Shown: positions 42,785 to 52,291 of the stretch, piece by piece
Layout: each line of letters begins with the position of its first letter
Numbering within the stretch: the stretch's first letter is position 1
Assembly (NCBI GenBank): GCA_021817345.1
Contig: JAKAVC010000159.1
Coordinates: forward strand, 1,247 to 65,246
Source: Deltaproteobacteria bacterium
Lineage (GTDB): Bacteria > Desulfobacterota > Binatia > Binatales > Binataceae
Reading direction: 5' to 3'
DNA: 64,000 bases
Notes under the pieces: generated by a model
The model's input: the letters and a program-made list of their open reading frames with translations, nothing else
Databases searched by the model: none
Told to the model about the DNA's origin: nothing
Program-made: the position numbers and the translations under genes

Positions 42785-43347
42785 CTTTCGGAGTCGGGAA
42801 ATTGGCTAAACGCTTTCGCCTGCCCGTTCGATACCTGTTCGCTGGAGCCTTGGCGGCTTTCGCTTTCGCGACCGCGACGCCTGCGGCATGGTCCTTCCCT
42901 TGGAGTATCGACATGTACCGCGGACCCGCAATACAGCCGCTTGAGGTCGCTCCGCGCGTGATGCCGACGGGCACGATGCCGGTGAAGGGCGGCCTTCCGC
43001 CAATGTCGCGCGAGGAGATGACCATCAAGCTGAAGAATCCGCTTCAGCCGACCGCTCCCAACCTCAAGCACGGCAAATTCCTGTTCATGACCGATTGCGC
43101 GCCGTGTCATGGAGACAACGGCAGGGGCACGGGTCCCGTGGCGCATCTGCTCAGGACCAAGCCTGCGGATCTGGTGATGGGTCTCAGCAAGGCCCTGCCC
43201 GACGGGTATATCTACGGCACTATTCGCGACGGCGGAATCGCGATGCCCTCTTACGACGATATCATGTCGTCGCATGAGCGATGGCAGGTGGTGTTGTTCG
43301 TGCGCCATCTCCAGCAGCAGGCGGCCCAGAAGACGGCAAGCAAGTAA
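42781..43347 (+). CDS. Monoheme c-type cytochrome
   Basis: Haem-binding motif CAPCHG and a hydrophobic N-terminus. The ATG overlaps the cupredoxin TGA (ATGA). Confidence 0.85.
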   Translation: MTFGVGKLAKRFRLPVRYLFAGALAAFAFATATPAAWSFPWSIDMYRGPAIQPLEVAPRVMPTGTMPVKGGLPPMSREEMTIKLKNPLQPTAPNLKHGKFLFMTDCAPCHGDNGRGTGPVAHLLRTKPADLVMGLSKALPDGYIYGTIRDGGIAMPSYDDIMSSHERWQVVLFVRHLQQQAAQKTASK

Positions 43348-43365
43348 GCTGAGCTGAGTGAATTT

Positions 43366-43404
43366 GCGTCGGGTCCGGCGGAATGGGCCCGACGTTTTTT
43401 TTTT
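43366..43404 (+). terminator. Rho-independent terminator after the cytochrome c gene
   Basis: Stem CGTCGGGTCC / GGGCCCGACG (one G-U pair), followed by TTTTTTTTTT. Confidence 0.8.
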
Positions 43405-43550
43405 GGGCGAACAACATCGTTTTTTTTCGCCAAACAAGCTTGCGGGTCTTTACCGGCCGCCGAATCTACGTTTAACTTAGCGGCTCCGGTTTTCATTGCG
43501 AAGCAGGAGTGCGACTGAACCGAAGGTCAGGCGCTGTAGTGTGAACTCCG

Positions 43551-44819
43551 ATGCGGCTGAAACGACTGACTGCGGCTCTGGTGGTTGCGATAGTGGCCGT
43601 TGCGCCCTCTTGTGCGAGAGCTGCCGCAGGGCTCGACGCGGAACAACTGGTCCGGCTCGCGCTCACTGTGAATCCGCGGGTGCGTGCCGCGCGCGATCGC
43701 TATCTTGCGGCTGGTCACTCGATCAAGCAGGCCTACGCGCCCAACGACCCGATCTTTTCATTTTTCAACGGCGACAGTCCGACCAACGGCCTGACCAGCC
43801 CTTCGTGGCAGGGCTACCAGCTGAGCGAATCGTTCCAGTTTCCGGGCAAAGCGATGCTGCAGACCGACGTTGCGCGTCGCAACGCCGAGGTCGCGCGGCT
43901 TGCCTATCTCGCCACGGTTCGAGACGTTCGGGCCGAGGTGGAAGCGGCGTATTACCAAATTCTGCTCGACGCGGCTCTTGTCCAGGTCAGCGCTGAGAAC
44001 GTCGCGAACCTGCAGCGCGTGCTCAAGGTTACGCAGGTCGCTTACGCGGCGAATCAGGTTACGCAGGCCGACTTCATAAACGCGGAGTTCGATCTTGCCG
44101 CAGCGCGACAGGTCGAACGCGAAAATCGCGTGGCCGAGGCCAACGACGAAACCGCGTTGAATCAGTTACTCGACAGGCCGCCGGGCACTCCGCTCGAACT
44201 GGATCGCACGCTTCATCTCGAGCCTCTGACGGTCCGGGTGGATACGCTGGTGTCGGAGGCGGCCGCGGTTCGCCAGGAAATCCTCGAAGCCGCGCTGACC
44301 GCGCGCAATTCGAAGACCGCGCTGCGGCTTGCGCGGATGGAATATCTGCCCGACTTCACTGCCAGTTACATCTTCACGCATTACATTCTACCGAGCGACG
44401 CGCCCTCTCCGAACCTGACCCAGACCCACGGGTTCATGATCGGGTTCAACCTGCCCTTGTTCTACTGGCTCAGGCAAAACGAGGACGTGAAACAGGCGGC
44501 GTACTCGCTCGCCGCGGCGCGTGCGGATCTGCGTTCCGTGCGCACTCGGACCGCAGCGCTGGTAACCTCGCTGTACCGCACCACCCAGTTCGCATACAAG
44601 ACCGCCGGGCTGTACCAGGAGTCGTTGGTGCCGCTTTCGAGGCAGGATATCGAGGTGTCACTGATCGCCTATCAATCGGGCAAGGTGGATTACCTCGCGC
44701 TGGCGGGTGCGCTCAGGCGTGGGTACAATGCCAACATAAGATATCTTCAGGCGGCCAACCGCTTTCTGGCTGGCCGAGTAGCCCTCGAACAGGCGATCGG
44801 AGCGCCTTTGCCAAAGTGA
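43551..44819 (+). CDS. czcC: Outer-membrane efflux factor (TolC/CzcC family)
   Basis: 422 aa with a signal peptide MRLKRLTAALVVAIVAVAPSCARA; first gene of an RND triad. Confidence 0.8.
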   Translation: MRLKRLTAALVVAIVAVAPSCARAAAGLDAEQLVRLALTVNPRVRAARDRYLAAGHSIKQAYAPNDPIFSFFNGDSPTNGLTSPSWQGYQLSESFQFPGKAMLQTDVARRNAEVARLAYLATVRDVRAEVEAAYYQILLDAALVQVSAENVANLQRVLKVTQVAYAANQVTQADFINAEFDLAAARQVERENRVAEANDETALNQLLDRPPGTPLELDRTLHLEPLTVRVDTLVSEAAAVRQEILEAALTARNSKTALRLARMEYLPDFTASYIFTHYILPSDAPSPNLTQTHGFMIGFNLPLFYWLRQNEDVKQAAYSLAAARADLRSVRTRTAALVTSLYRTTQFAYKTAGLYQESLVPLSRQDIEVSLIAYQSGKVDYLALAGALRRGYNANIRYLQAANRFLAGRVALEQAIGAPLPK

Positions 44820-45937
44820 TGCGAGCACGACTGATCGCATTGACGATAGCGGCATTTGTGGCGATGGGCGCGGGCGGATGCCAGGGCCAATCGGCCGCCG
44901 CGCCAGCTCCGACGCGACAGCTCGCTACGCGGCTCATCAAACGGCCGGGTCGTCCGCCGCTGCTTACGATCAAGCCATCGCAGGTTCCTGGGATGTCTTT
45001 CACCGGGGTGCAAAAAATCGCACTTCCGGACGTGCTCGAGGCCAACGGCGTGGTCACCTTCGACACCCGCAGGGTCGCGAAGATCGTCGCGCGCGTTTCT
45101 GGACGCATCGAGGCGTCCCCGATCGCGGTCTGGGACCAGGTGCGCAAGGGCGAGAAGATAGTCCAGCTATACAGCCCCGACTTCATGACCGCCGAGGCGG
45201 AATATCTGCAGTCGCTCAGCACCGCGAGTCTCAGCAAGGCGCCGCAGATGGCGGGGACGGGCAATCTAGCCAAGGCGATGGTGCAGGCGGCGAGAACCAA
45301 GCTCGAATTGCTCGGGATGGACGACGCGGACATCATGAAGCTGCAGACGCCGCAGCCGAGGGTCTGGATCCGCTCGCCAATCAGCGGCACCGTCATCAAA
45401 AACAAGGCCGTCATCGGTTCGCAGGTCAATCCCGGCGATGTGCTCTTCGTCGTCGGTACGCTCAACGAGGTCTGGGTTACCGCGCAGGTGTACGAGGATG
45501 ACCTTGCGCGAGTGCATGAAGGACAGGAACTTCAAGCCGTAACGACCGCGTTTCCCAACCAGGTCTTTCGCGGGATAATCACCCGCATCAGCCCGGACAT
45601 CGATCCGAAAACGCACACCGCCGCGGTTCGATGCGACGTGCAGAACCGGGGCCTCCAGTTGAAACCCGGGATGCTCGCGCGGGTGCGGATACTGACGAAA
45701 GCGGGTTACGCGCTGGTGGTTCCCCAAGGCGCGCTCGTCTTCGATACCGACGCGTATTACGCCTTCGTCGAAGTCGGCGAAAACGCCGTCGAGCGGCGCA
45801 AGGTTGATATCGGCCCGTGGAGCGAGCAGGGTTACACAAGGGTGGTTTCCGGGTTGAAGCCGGGGGAGCGCGTGGTTATCGGCCAGACGCTGCAGGTGAA
45901 CGCCCTGTGGCATCGAGCGGTTGAAGCTGGCTCGTAG
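44816..45937 (+). CDS. czcB: RND efflux periplasmic adaptor (HlyD/CzcB family)
   Basis: 373 aa; lipobox-like GAGGC; start overlaps the czcC stop. Confidence 0.8.
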   Translation: MMRARLIALTIAAFVAMGAGGCQGQSAAAPAPTRQLATRLIKRPGRPPLLTIKPSQVPGMSFTGVQKIALPDVLEANGVVTFDTRRVAKIVARVSGRIEASPIAVWDQVRKGEKIVQLYSPDFMTAEAEYLQSLSTASLSKAPQMAGTGNLAKAMVQAARTKLELLGMDDADIMKLQTPQPRVWIRSPISGTVIKNKAVIGSQVNPGDVLFVVGTLNEVWVTAQVYEDDLARVHEGQELQAVTTAFPNQVFRGIITRISPDIDPKTHTAAVRCDVQNRGLQLKPGMLARVRILTKAGYALVVPQGALVFDTDAYYAFVEVGENAVERRKVDIGPWSEQGYTRVVSGLKPGERVVIGQTLQVNALWHRAVEAGS

Positions 45938-45958
45938 TGACGCGGTAATGGTCGGGCG

Positions 45959-48900
45959 ATGATTAAGGCCTTGATGGGGCTCGCGCTTCGCGAGCGCCTA
46001 ATCGTCATCGGGGTGGCGCTGGTTCTGCTTGGTGCGGGCCTGTATTCGTTCTCGCAACTCGACATCGAGGCGTATCCCGATCCGATTCAGCCGATGGTCG
46101 AGGTGCTGACGCTGCCGACCGGGCTCAGCGCCGAAGAGGTGGAGAAGATGGTCACCGTGCCGCTGGAGTACGGGCTGGCTTCTTCGCGCAACCTCGTTCG
46201 AATGGACTCGATTTCGTTGTTCGGGCTCTCGGACATCCGATGTTACTTCACCTGGGACAGCAACTACTATTGGGATCGCGTCGAGATAATCAACCGGCTC
46301 GGCTTCGTTACCCTGCCGCAGGGGATCACGCCCGGCATCTCGCCGGAGAACCCAATCGGCGAAATCTATCGCTACCAGGTCGAGAGCCCCGATCACAACC
46401 TGCTCGGGGAAAAGACGATCGACGACTGGGTCGTCGCCACACAGTTGACCACCGTCCCGGGTGTAATCGGAGTGAGCACTTTCGGCGGACTCACGAAGCA
46501 ATACCACGTTGACGTCGATCCGCAGAAGCTCACCTACTACAAGATTCCGCTGTCGGCGCTGGTGAGCGCGATTCAGAATTCGAACATGGACGCGGGCGGC
46601 AACTACCTGAATCTTGGCGAGCAGGCGTTCGACGTTCGCGGGCTGGGGTTCATCCGCTCGCTCGCCGACATCCGCGACATCGTGCTCGGCGTCCACGAGG
46701 CCACGCCCATCACCGTGGACAACGTGGCCAACGTGAGTATCGGTTACGCGCCGCGCCTGGGGATCGTCGGGATGAACGATCACGACGAGGTCGTGACCGG
46801 GATCGTGCTGATGCGCAAGTACGGCAACACGCTCGAGACGCTCAAGGGCGTTGAGAAGAAGGTTGCGTGGCTCAACAGCTCGGGTGTGATGCCCAAGGGT
46901 TACAAAGTCGTGCCGTACTATGACCGCACGGGGCTGGTCAGAACCACGCTGCGCACGGTGTTCGAAAACCTGAGCATCGGAATGGTGCTGGTTTTTCTGA
47001 TCCTGGTCTTTTTCCTGGGAAGCCTGCGGGCGGGTCTTATCGCCTCGGTGAACATCCCGCTCGCCCTGTGCGGCGCGTTTTTGCTCATGTGGCTGGGAAA
47101 CACTCCGGCCAACCTCATCTCCCTGGGCGCAATCGACTTCGGCATCATCATCGATTCAACCGTCATCGTGATGGAGAACATCCACCGCCACATAACCGCG
47201 GGGCAGGAGACCGGACGCGAGGCGACACGCGCGCGGATTCTGCGGGCGTCGGAGGAAGTAGGCGGTCCGATGTTCTTCTCCACAGTGATCTTCGTCATCG
47301 CGTTTCTGCCTCTGTTCACGATGCGGGGCGTGGAGGGCGCGATTTTCTCGCCCATGTCGCACACCTACGCCTACGCGCTGGGCACGGCGATCATTCTTGC
47401 GGCCACGCTTTCCCCGGTGCTGGCCTCGTTCGCGTTCGCCCATGGCGTCAGGCGCAAGCCGGAGCGCGTGTGGGCGATGATCAGCGCCTTTTATCACGCG
47501 GTCTTTGAGCGAATCCTCAGATGGCCAAAGATCACGCTGGCGATAATCGTGGGCTTCGCGCTGTTCGTCTTCTCGCTTTATCCGAAGCTCGGGGGCGAGT
47601 TCCTGCCCAAGCTCGAAGAAGGAAATATCTGGGCGCACGCGATCATGCCTTCGACGATGTCGCTTGATCAGGGCGCCAAGATAGTCAACCAGATTCGCCG
47701 CGTGTTCATGTCGTTCCCCGAGGTTACGACGGTCGTCTCCCAGTTGGGGCGGCCCGACGATGGCACCGAAACCACGGGCTTTTTCAATTGCGAACTGTAC
47801 GTTGATCTCAAACCGCAGTCCCAGTGGCCGGCGGGATTGACCAAAGCCGAGCTCGTGGGCGAAATGGACGCGAGGCTCAAAAGGGAGTTTCCCGGGGTCA
47901 GTTTCTCCTACTCGCAGAACATCGAGGACAACATCAACGAGGCGCTCTCGGGGGTCAAGGCGGGCGCCAACGCGATCAAGGTCTTCGGCCGCGACATCGA
48001 TACCGATCAGGCCGTCGCGCAGCACGTCGCCGCGGTGTTGAAGAAGGTGCCGGGCATCGTTGACGTCTTTGCCTACCAGTCGCTGAATCAACCCAATGTG
48101 CTGATTCGGCCCGATCGCACCAAGTGCGCCCGCTATGGGATCAACGTTGGCGACGTCACGACCGTGGTGCAGGCGGCAATAGGCGGCGACGCGGTCACCC
48201 AGGTTCTCCAGAGCGATCGCCGGTTCAATCTGGTGGTGCGGTGGAAGAAGCGCTACCGTACCAGCCTCGACGGAATACGCAATATCCGGGTCACGGCGCC
48301 CGACGGAAGCGAGATTCCGCTTGGCCAACTCGCCGACATCCGTCTCAGGGAAGGGGCTTCCTTCATCTATCGCGAGAGCCTCGAGCGGTACGTGCCTCTG
48401 ACGTTCATGGTGCGCGGACGCGATCTTGAAGACGCGGTGCGTGACGCCAGGGCGCGCGTGGCGCGGGAAGTGACGCTGCCGCGCGGCGTTTACCTCGAAT
48501 GGGTCGGCGAATACGGCGAACTCAAGCAAGCCAACCGGCGGCTGATGGTGATCGTGCCGGTCGCGCTGCTCCTGATCGCGGGCGTGCTGTACGGCGCGAC
48601 CACTTCTCTCATCGACACATTCATCATCATGGCGCAGATACCGGTGGCATGCATGGGCGGAATTCTCGGGCTTTATCTGACCGGGACGCCGTTCAGCGTT
48701 TCCGCCGCCGTGGGCTTCATTTCCATCTTCGGCATTGCCACGATGGACGGCATCCTGCTCAGCTTCTACATCCGCCAGCTCTGGGAGGAGGGCCATCCGT
48801 TCACCGAGTCGATCATCCTGGGGTCGGATCGGCGCTTCAAGGCGATCATGATGACGGCGCTGGTTGATTGCCTCGGGCTGTTGCCGGCGGCGGTTTCAAC

Positions 48901-49063
48901 CAAGATTGGCGCGCAGACCCAGCGCCCGCTGGCCATCGTGGTGATTGGCGGGGCGCTCGCGATTGCGCTGATCACCCGACTGCTTCAGCCGGTCCTGATC
49001 TACCTCTGCCACCGAAGGCTCAGGCTCGCCGATGCCGAAGGCGCGACTCCAGTGGCCACCTGA
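45959..49063 (+). CDS. czcA: Heavy-metal-efflux RND pump (CzcA/CusA family)
   Basis: 1034 aa. TM4 motif GAIDFGIIIDSTVIVMEN of the DFG...D...EN type. Confidence 0.85.
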   Translation: MIKALMGLALRERLIVIGVALVLLGAGLYSFSQLDIEAYPDPIQPMVEVLTLPTGLSAEEVEKMVTVPLEYGLASSRNLVRMDSISLFGLSDIRCYFTWDSNYYWDRVEIINRLGFVTLPQGITPGISPENPIGEIYRYQVESPDHNLLGEKTIDDWVVATQLTTVPGVIGVSTFGGLTKQYHVDVDPQKLTYYKIPLSALVSAIQNSNMDAGGNYLNLGEQAFDVRGLGFIRSLADIRDIVLGVHEATPITVDNVANVSIGYAPRLGIVGMNDHDEVVTGIVLMRKYGNTLETLKGVEKKVAWLNSSGVMPKGYKVVPYYDRTGLVRTTLRTVFENLSIGMVLVFLILVFFLGSLRAGLIASVNIPLALCGAFLLMWLGNTPANLISLGAIDFGIIIDSTVIVMENIHRHITAGQETGREATRARILRASEEVGGPMFFSTVIFVIAFLPLFTMRGVEGAIFSPMSHTYAYALGTAIILAATLSPVLASFAFAHGVRRKPERVWAMISAFYHAVFERILRWPKITLAIIVGFALFVFSLYPKLGGEFLPKLEEGNIWAHAIMPSTMSLDQGAKIVNQIRRVFMSFPEVTTVVSQLGRPDDGTETTGFFNCELYVDLKPQSQWPAGLTKAELVGEMDARLKREFPGVSFSYSQNIEDNINEALSGVKAGANAIKVFGRDIDTDQAVAQHVAAVLKKVPGIVDVFAYQSLNQPNVLIRPDRTKCARYGINVGDVTTVVQAAIGGDAVTQVLQSDRRFNLVVRWKKRYRTSLDGIRNIRVTAPDGSEIPLGQLADIRLREGASFIYRESLERYVPLTFMVRGRDLEDAVRDARARVAREVTLPRGVYLEWVGEYGELKQANRRLMVIVPVALLLIAGVLYGATTSLIDTFIIMAQIPVACMGGILGLYLTGTPFSVSAAVGFISIFGIATMDGILLSFYIRQLWEEGHPFTESIILGSDRRFKAIMMTALVDCLGLLPAAVSTKIGAQTQRPLAIVVIGGALAIALITRLLQPVLIYLCHRRLRLADAEGATPVAT

Positions 49064-49139
49064 AGCTGAGACCGGCGCGCATCCGGCGCTCGAAGCTTCG
49101 GCCCCGGCCGTGGTAAACGGTTTCAGGAGGTGGTCTCCG

Positions 49140-49985
49140 ATGGGGTTTGAAACGCTTGCCTGGGGATATGGACTTATCGAGGCGCCGCGCGTTGACGAGC
49201 GCGAGCGGCTCCATTTCAGCGACGTTCCGAACGGCGGCGTCTATCGGCGCAACCCGGACGGAAAGCTCGAGACGGTGCTCGCGAAACGCCGCGGCGTCGG
49301 CGGGATGATGTTCAATGAGGGCGGCGGAATCGTGATGACCGGACGCGGCCTGATCCTGTTCGACGAAACCACCGGCCAAAGCCGCAACCTGTTCGTCGAG
49401 TGGGAAGGCAGGCCGCTGATGGGGCTCAACGACCTGACCACCAACGACGCGGGCAGCGTTTACACCGGCTCGCTCGGCTTCAATCCGCTGAGCGACGCCG
49501 CGCCGGTTCCGGGAAGCCTGTTTCGGATCGATCCGCCGGGCCGCGCCACCAAATTGTGGGACGGAATCCTGGTCACCAACGGTCTCGGCTTAAGTCCCGA
49601 CCGCAAGCTCCTCTATCACGCGGATTCTCCCACCGGCGCGGTCTGGGTGTACGACGTTATGGCCGACGGCGGCGTGAAGGATCGGCGTATCTTCGCGAAG
49701 ATGCCGGAGGGTCATCCCGACGGGATGGCGGTCGACGTCGAAGGCGGCATATGGGTTGCCGCGGTGCGCGCGGGCGAGGTCGTTCATTTCGGAAATGACG
49801 GCGTTGTGCGCAAGCGTATCAAGGTGCCGGCCACGATGGTGACGAGCCTGACGTTCGGCGGACGCGATATGCGGAATCTTTACATCGTGACCGCGGACAA
49901 CAGCGAAGACGCGTCGCGCAAGGGGACAATTTTCAGGACCCGCGCCGACGTTCCCGGCCTTAAGGTCCCCAAAGCGCGCTTCTGA
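49140..49985 (+). CDS. SMP-30/gluconolactonase/LRE-like beta-propeller protein
   Basis: ATG 49140 follows AGGAGG. MGFETLAWGYGLIEAPRVD...PDGMAVD. The track start 49032 lies inside czcA. Confidence 0.75.
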   Translation: MGFETLAWGYGLIEAPRVDERERLHFSDVPNGGVYRRNPDGKLETVLAKRRGVGGMMFNEGGGIVMTGRGLILFDETTGQSRNLFVEWEGRPLMGLNDLTTNDAGSVYTGSLGFNPLSDAAPVPGSLFRIDPPGRATKLWDGILVTNGLGLSPDRKLLYHADSPTGAVWVYDVMADGGVKDRRIFAKMPEGHPDGMAVDVEGGIWVAAVRAGEVVHFGNDGVVRKRIKVPATMVTSLTFGGRDMRNLYIVTADNSEDASRKGTIFRTRADVPGLKVPKARF

Positions 49986-50142
49986 GTGGCCTCTGCCGGG
50001 CCGACATCGGGGCCGTCCGTATTCGGCGGCGAGCAATTGCGTTCGAGCTTCGCCTAGTTGCGCGATAACAGGAAATCGCCGCGAGAGATCTCATCCCGTT
50101 TTGCCCCGTCCGCTCCCGGGCTTGCGCGTGAAGCGGATTTTG

Positions 50143-51039
50143 TCAGACTTTGTGCGCTTCAAGCGGAGCGGATGCGGGCGTGGCGCCTTCCTGCGACGCC
50201 GCCAGCATCGCGGCCGCCAGAACGGTCAGCACGAACGCGCCGATCCGCATCGCCCGCGCCGCCGGTTCGTCGGGCAGGCGTTCTCCGAAGACCACCATTC
50301 CGCCGACGATCGGGACTACATTGGAGAGCGCCGACGAAAGCGGCATCGCGATCATCCCGCGCAGCTCGTGGAACGAGTTCTGGAGCATCACGAGCCCGAC
50401 GATATTCGCGGCGATCGCCGCATAAACGTATGGGTCGGAGGCGATTCTGAGCGCGAGCGTGGCGTGCGGGTCGGCGATAAACGCGTCGGTCATCGCCTTG
50501 GTGTAAAGCGAGGCGAGGCCGAAGGCGATTCCCGAGGCGGCAGCCTGGGTCGCGCCGCTGCCGGAAAGCCGTTTTGCAACGATAGGGCCGAGCGCGATTG
50601 CGATCCCGCCGACCGAGAAAATCGTGAGCGGGAGAGCGTCGATCGGGCCTTCGGCGGCGCCGCCCACGAGCGACATCGACAGCATCGCGATTGCGGCGAC
50701 GATCGTGGCTATACCGACCCATTCGCGCGGACGCGCGCGCTCGCCCAGGAGCACGACCGAGAAGAGAACGAACAGCGCGATTCCACCCTGCATCATCACC
50801 GCGACCATCGAGACCGGCGCGCCCGAGACCGCCATGATATACAGCGCGTAGCCGAGAGCCTGCACCGCAAGACCGCCGATCCAGATCGGATCTTTCAGCC
50901 ACGCGAGGACCGCGCGCGCGGTTCCGGAGCCCTGCGCGAGGGGAAGCGCGAGCGCGCGGCTCTTCATCATGAGCAAGCCGAGCGCCAGCAGCACACTGGA
51001 AGCGACCGCCAACGCAAAATCCAAAACCATAGGCGGCAC
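50143..51039 (-). CDS. DMT-superfamily (NIPA/EamA-like) polytopic membrane protein
   Basis: 298 aa with about 9-10 hydrophobic segments; 1-nt gap to the upstream hpnI-like gene. Confidence 0.65.
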   Translation of the reverse strand: MPPMVLDFALAVASSVLLALGLLMMKSRALALPLAQGSGTARAVLAWLKDPIWIGGLAVQALGYALYIMAVSGAPVSMVAVMMQGGIALFVLFSVVLLGERARPREWVGIATIVAAIAMLSMSLVGGAAEGPIDALPLTIFSVGGIAIALGPIVAKRLSGSGATQAAASGIAFGLASLYTKAMTDAFIADPHATLALRIASDPYVYAAIAANIVGLVMLQNSFHELRGMIAMPLSSALSNVVPIVGGMVVFGERLPDEPAARAMRIGAFVLTVLAAAMLAASQEGATPASAPLEAHKV

Positions 51040-51040
51040 C

Positions 51041-52198
51041 TCAGTCCAATTCGCGCATCGCTCCGCCAGCCAGCAGCTTGAAGCGCCGTCCGCCCCACTG
51101 AACGGTGTTGCCAGCCAGGCTTGCGAAATAGATTCCGGTCATTACCAGGTCCTTCGCCGGCACAATCCACAGGTCGCCCAACGAAGCCGGGAGATCGAGG
51201 ACCTTGTCTATCATTATCGCGGCCATCGCGTATCTCGCCAGCAGCAGCGCCGCCATCGCGCCCAGCGAAGCCGTGCTGAAAGCGCTCGTCAGGACCAGCA
51301 GAAGCGCCCAGAACGGCCCGTGGATGATGAGCGTCGCGAGGCTTGCGGGCCGGACCGTCCGGTACGTTCGCGCCCATCGTAGCTGATGGTTCCAGAACTG
51401 CGCGAAGTTGCCTTCTTCCGGGGCGATGGTGACCAGCGAACTGGAAAGCCTTACGCCGAAGCCCTTATCCGCGACCATCCGGCCAAGATAAAAGTCGTCG
51501 GCGAGCAGATTTCCGAGCGGGCGAAAGCCGCCGATCGCGTCGAGCGCCTTTCGCTTGACAGCGACCGTTGCTCCGAGCGCATGTCGCATAGGCTCGATCG
51601 CCTCCGACAGCAGCACCATCGGGGCGAAGTCGGTGTTGACGAAGAGCGCTTCGAGCTTCGAGCCGAGCGAATCGCCCGGACGTCCGCGGTAAAGGCAGGT
51701 GACGATTCCGGTATCGTCGCGCTCGAACAGTTCGGAGGCGACGCGGCTGAGATGATCGGGCTCGACGACGATGTCGGCGTCGCTGAGCGCGAAGGCTTCG
51801 GTTGCGGGCGAGGCGCGTTCGGCCATCCGAATCAGTTTGCCGACCTTGCGATTGGAGCATCCGGGCTCTTCTCCGACAACGATTTCGAGGTTCGCGCCGG
51901 GAAAACGGGTCTTCAGCGCGAGCGGCGCTTCCAGCGCGCGATCCTCCCGGTTTGCGACGCCGAAAAGGTACTGGGCACGCGGATAGTCGAGTTTGAGATA
52001 GCTCGCAAGGTTGTCGGCAAGGGTGGGCGACAGGCCGTGAAGAGGCTTGAGCACCGCAATCGCGGGCGGGTTGGGCGGCAAAGGCCCCGGCGGGGCGTTG
52101 CGACGGCGTGCGAAGCGGAGCGCGACGGCCGTGGCGGTCACGTAATAGACTATGGCGGCGGCGACACCGACCGCCGCGATAAGCCGGAGAAATTCCAT
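51041..52198 (-). CDS. hpnI: GT2/GT21 glycosyltransferase, HpnI-like (ceramide-glucosyltransferase-like)
   Basis: 385 aa. VLKPLHGLSP...YLFGVANREDRA...NRKVGKLIRMA...SDADI pattern; adjacent to the hpnJ-like radical-SAM gene. Confidence 0.65.
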   Translation of the reverse strand: MEFLRLIAAVGVAAAIVYYVTATAVALRFARRRNAPPGPLPPNPPAIAVLKPLHGLSPTLADNLASYLKLDYPRAQYLFGVANREDRALEAPLALKTRFPGANLEIVVGEEPGCSNRKVGKLIRMAERASPATEAFALSDADIVVEPDHLSRVASELFERDDTGIVTCLYRGRPGDSLGSKLEALFVNTDFAPMVLLSEAIEPMRHALGATVAVKRKALDAIGGFRPLGNLLADDFYLGRMVADKGFGVRLSSSLVTIAPEEGNFAQFWNHQLRWARTYRTVRPASLATLIIHGPFWALLLVLTSAFSTASLGAMAALLLARYAMAAIMIDKVLDLPASLGDLWIVPAKDLVMTGIYFASLAGNTVQWGGRRFKLLAGGAMRELD

Positions 52199-52291
52199 CG
52201 CGCGAGCAAGTGAGCGGCCGCCTTTGGTCAGGCGGCCGTGCTCAATCGTTGTCTGGTAGCTTGGAGAAACGTGGGCGGTTGCGCAACCCGC

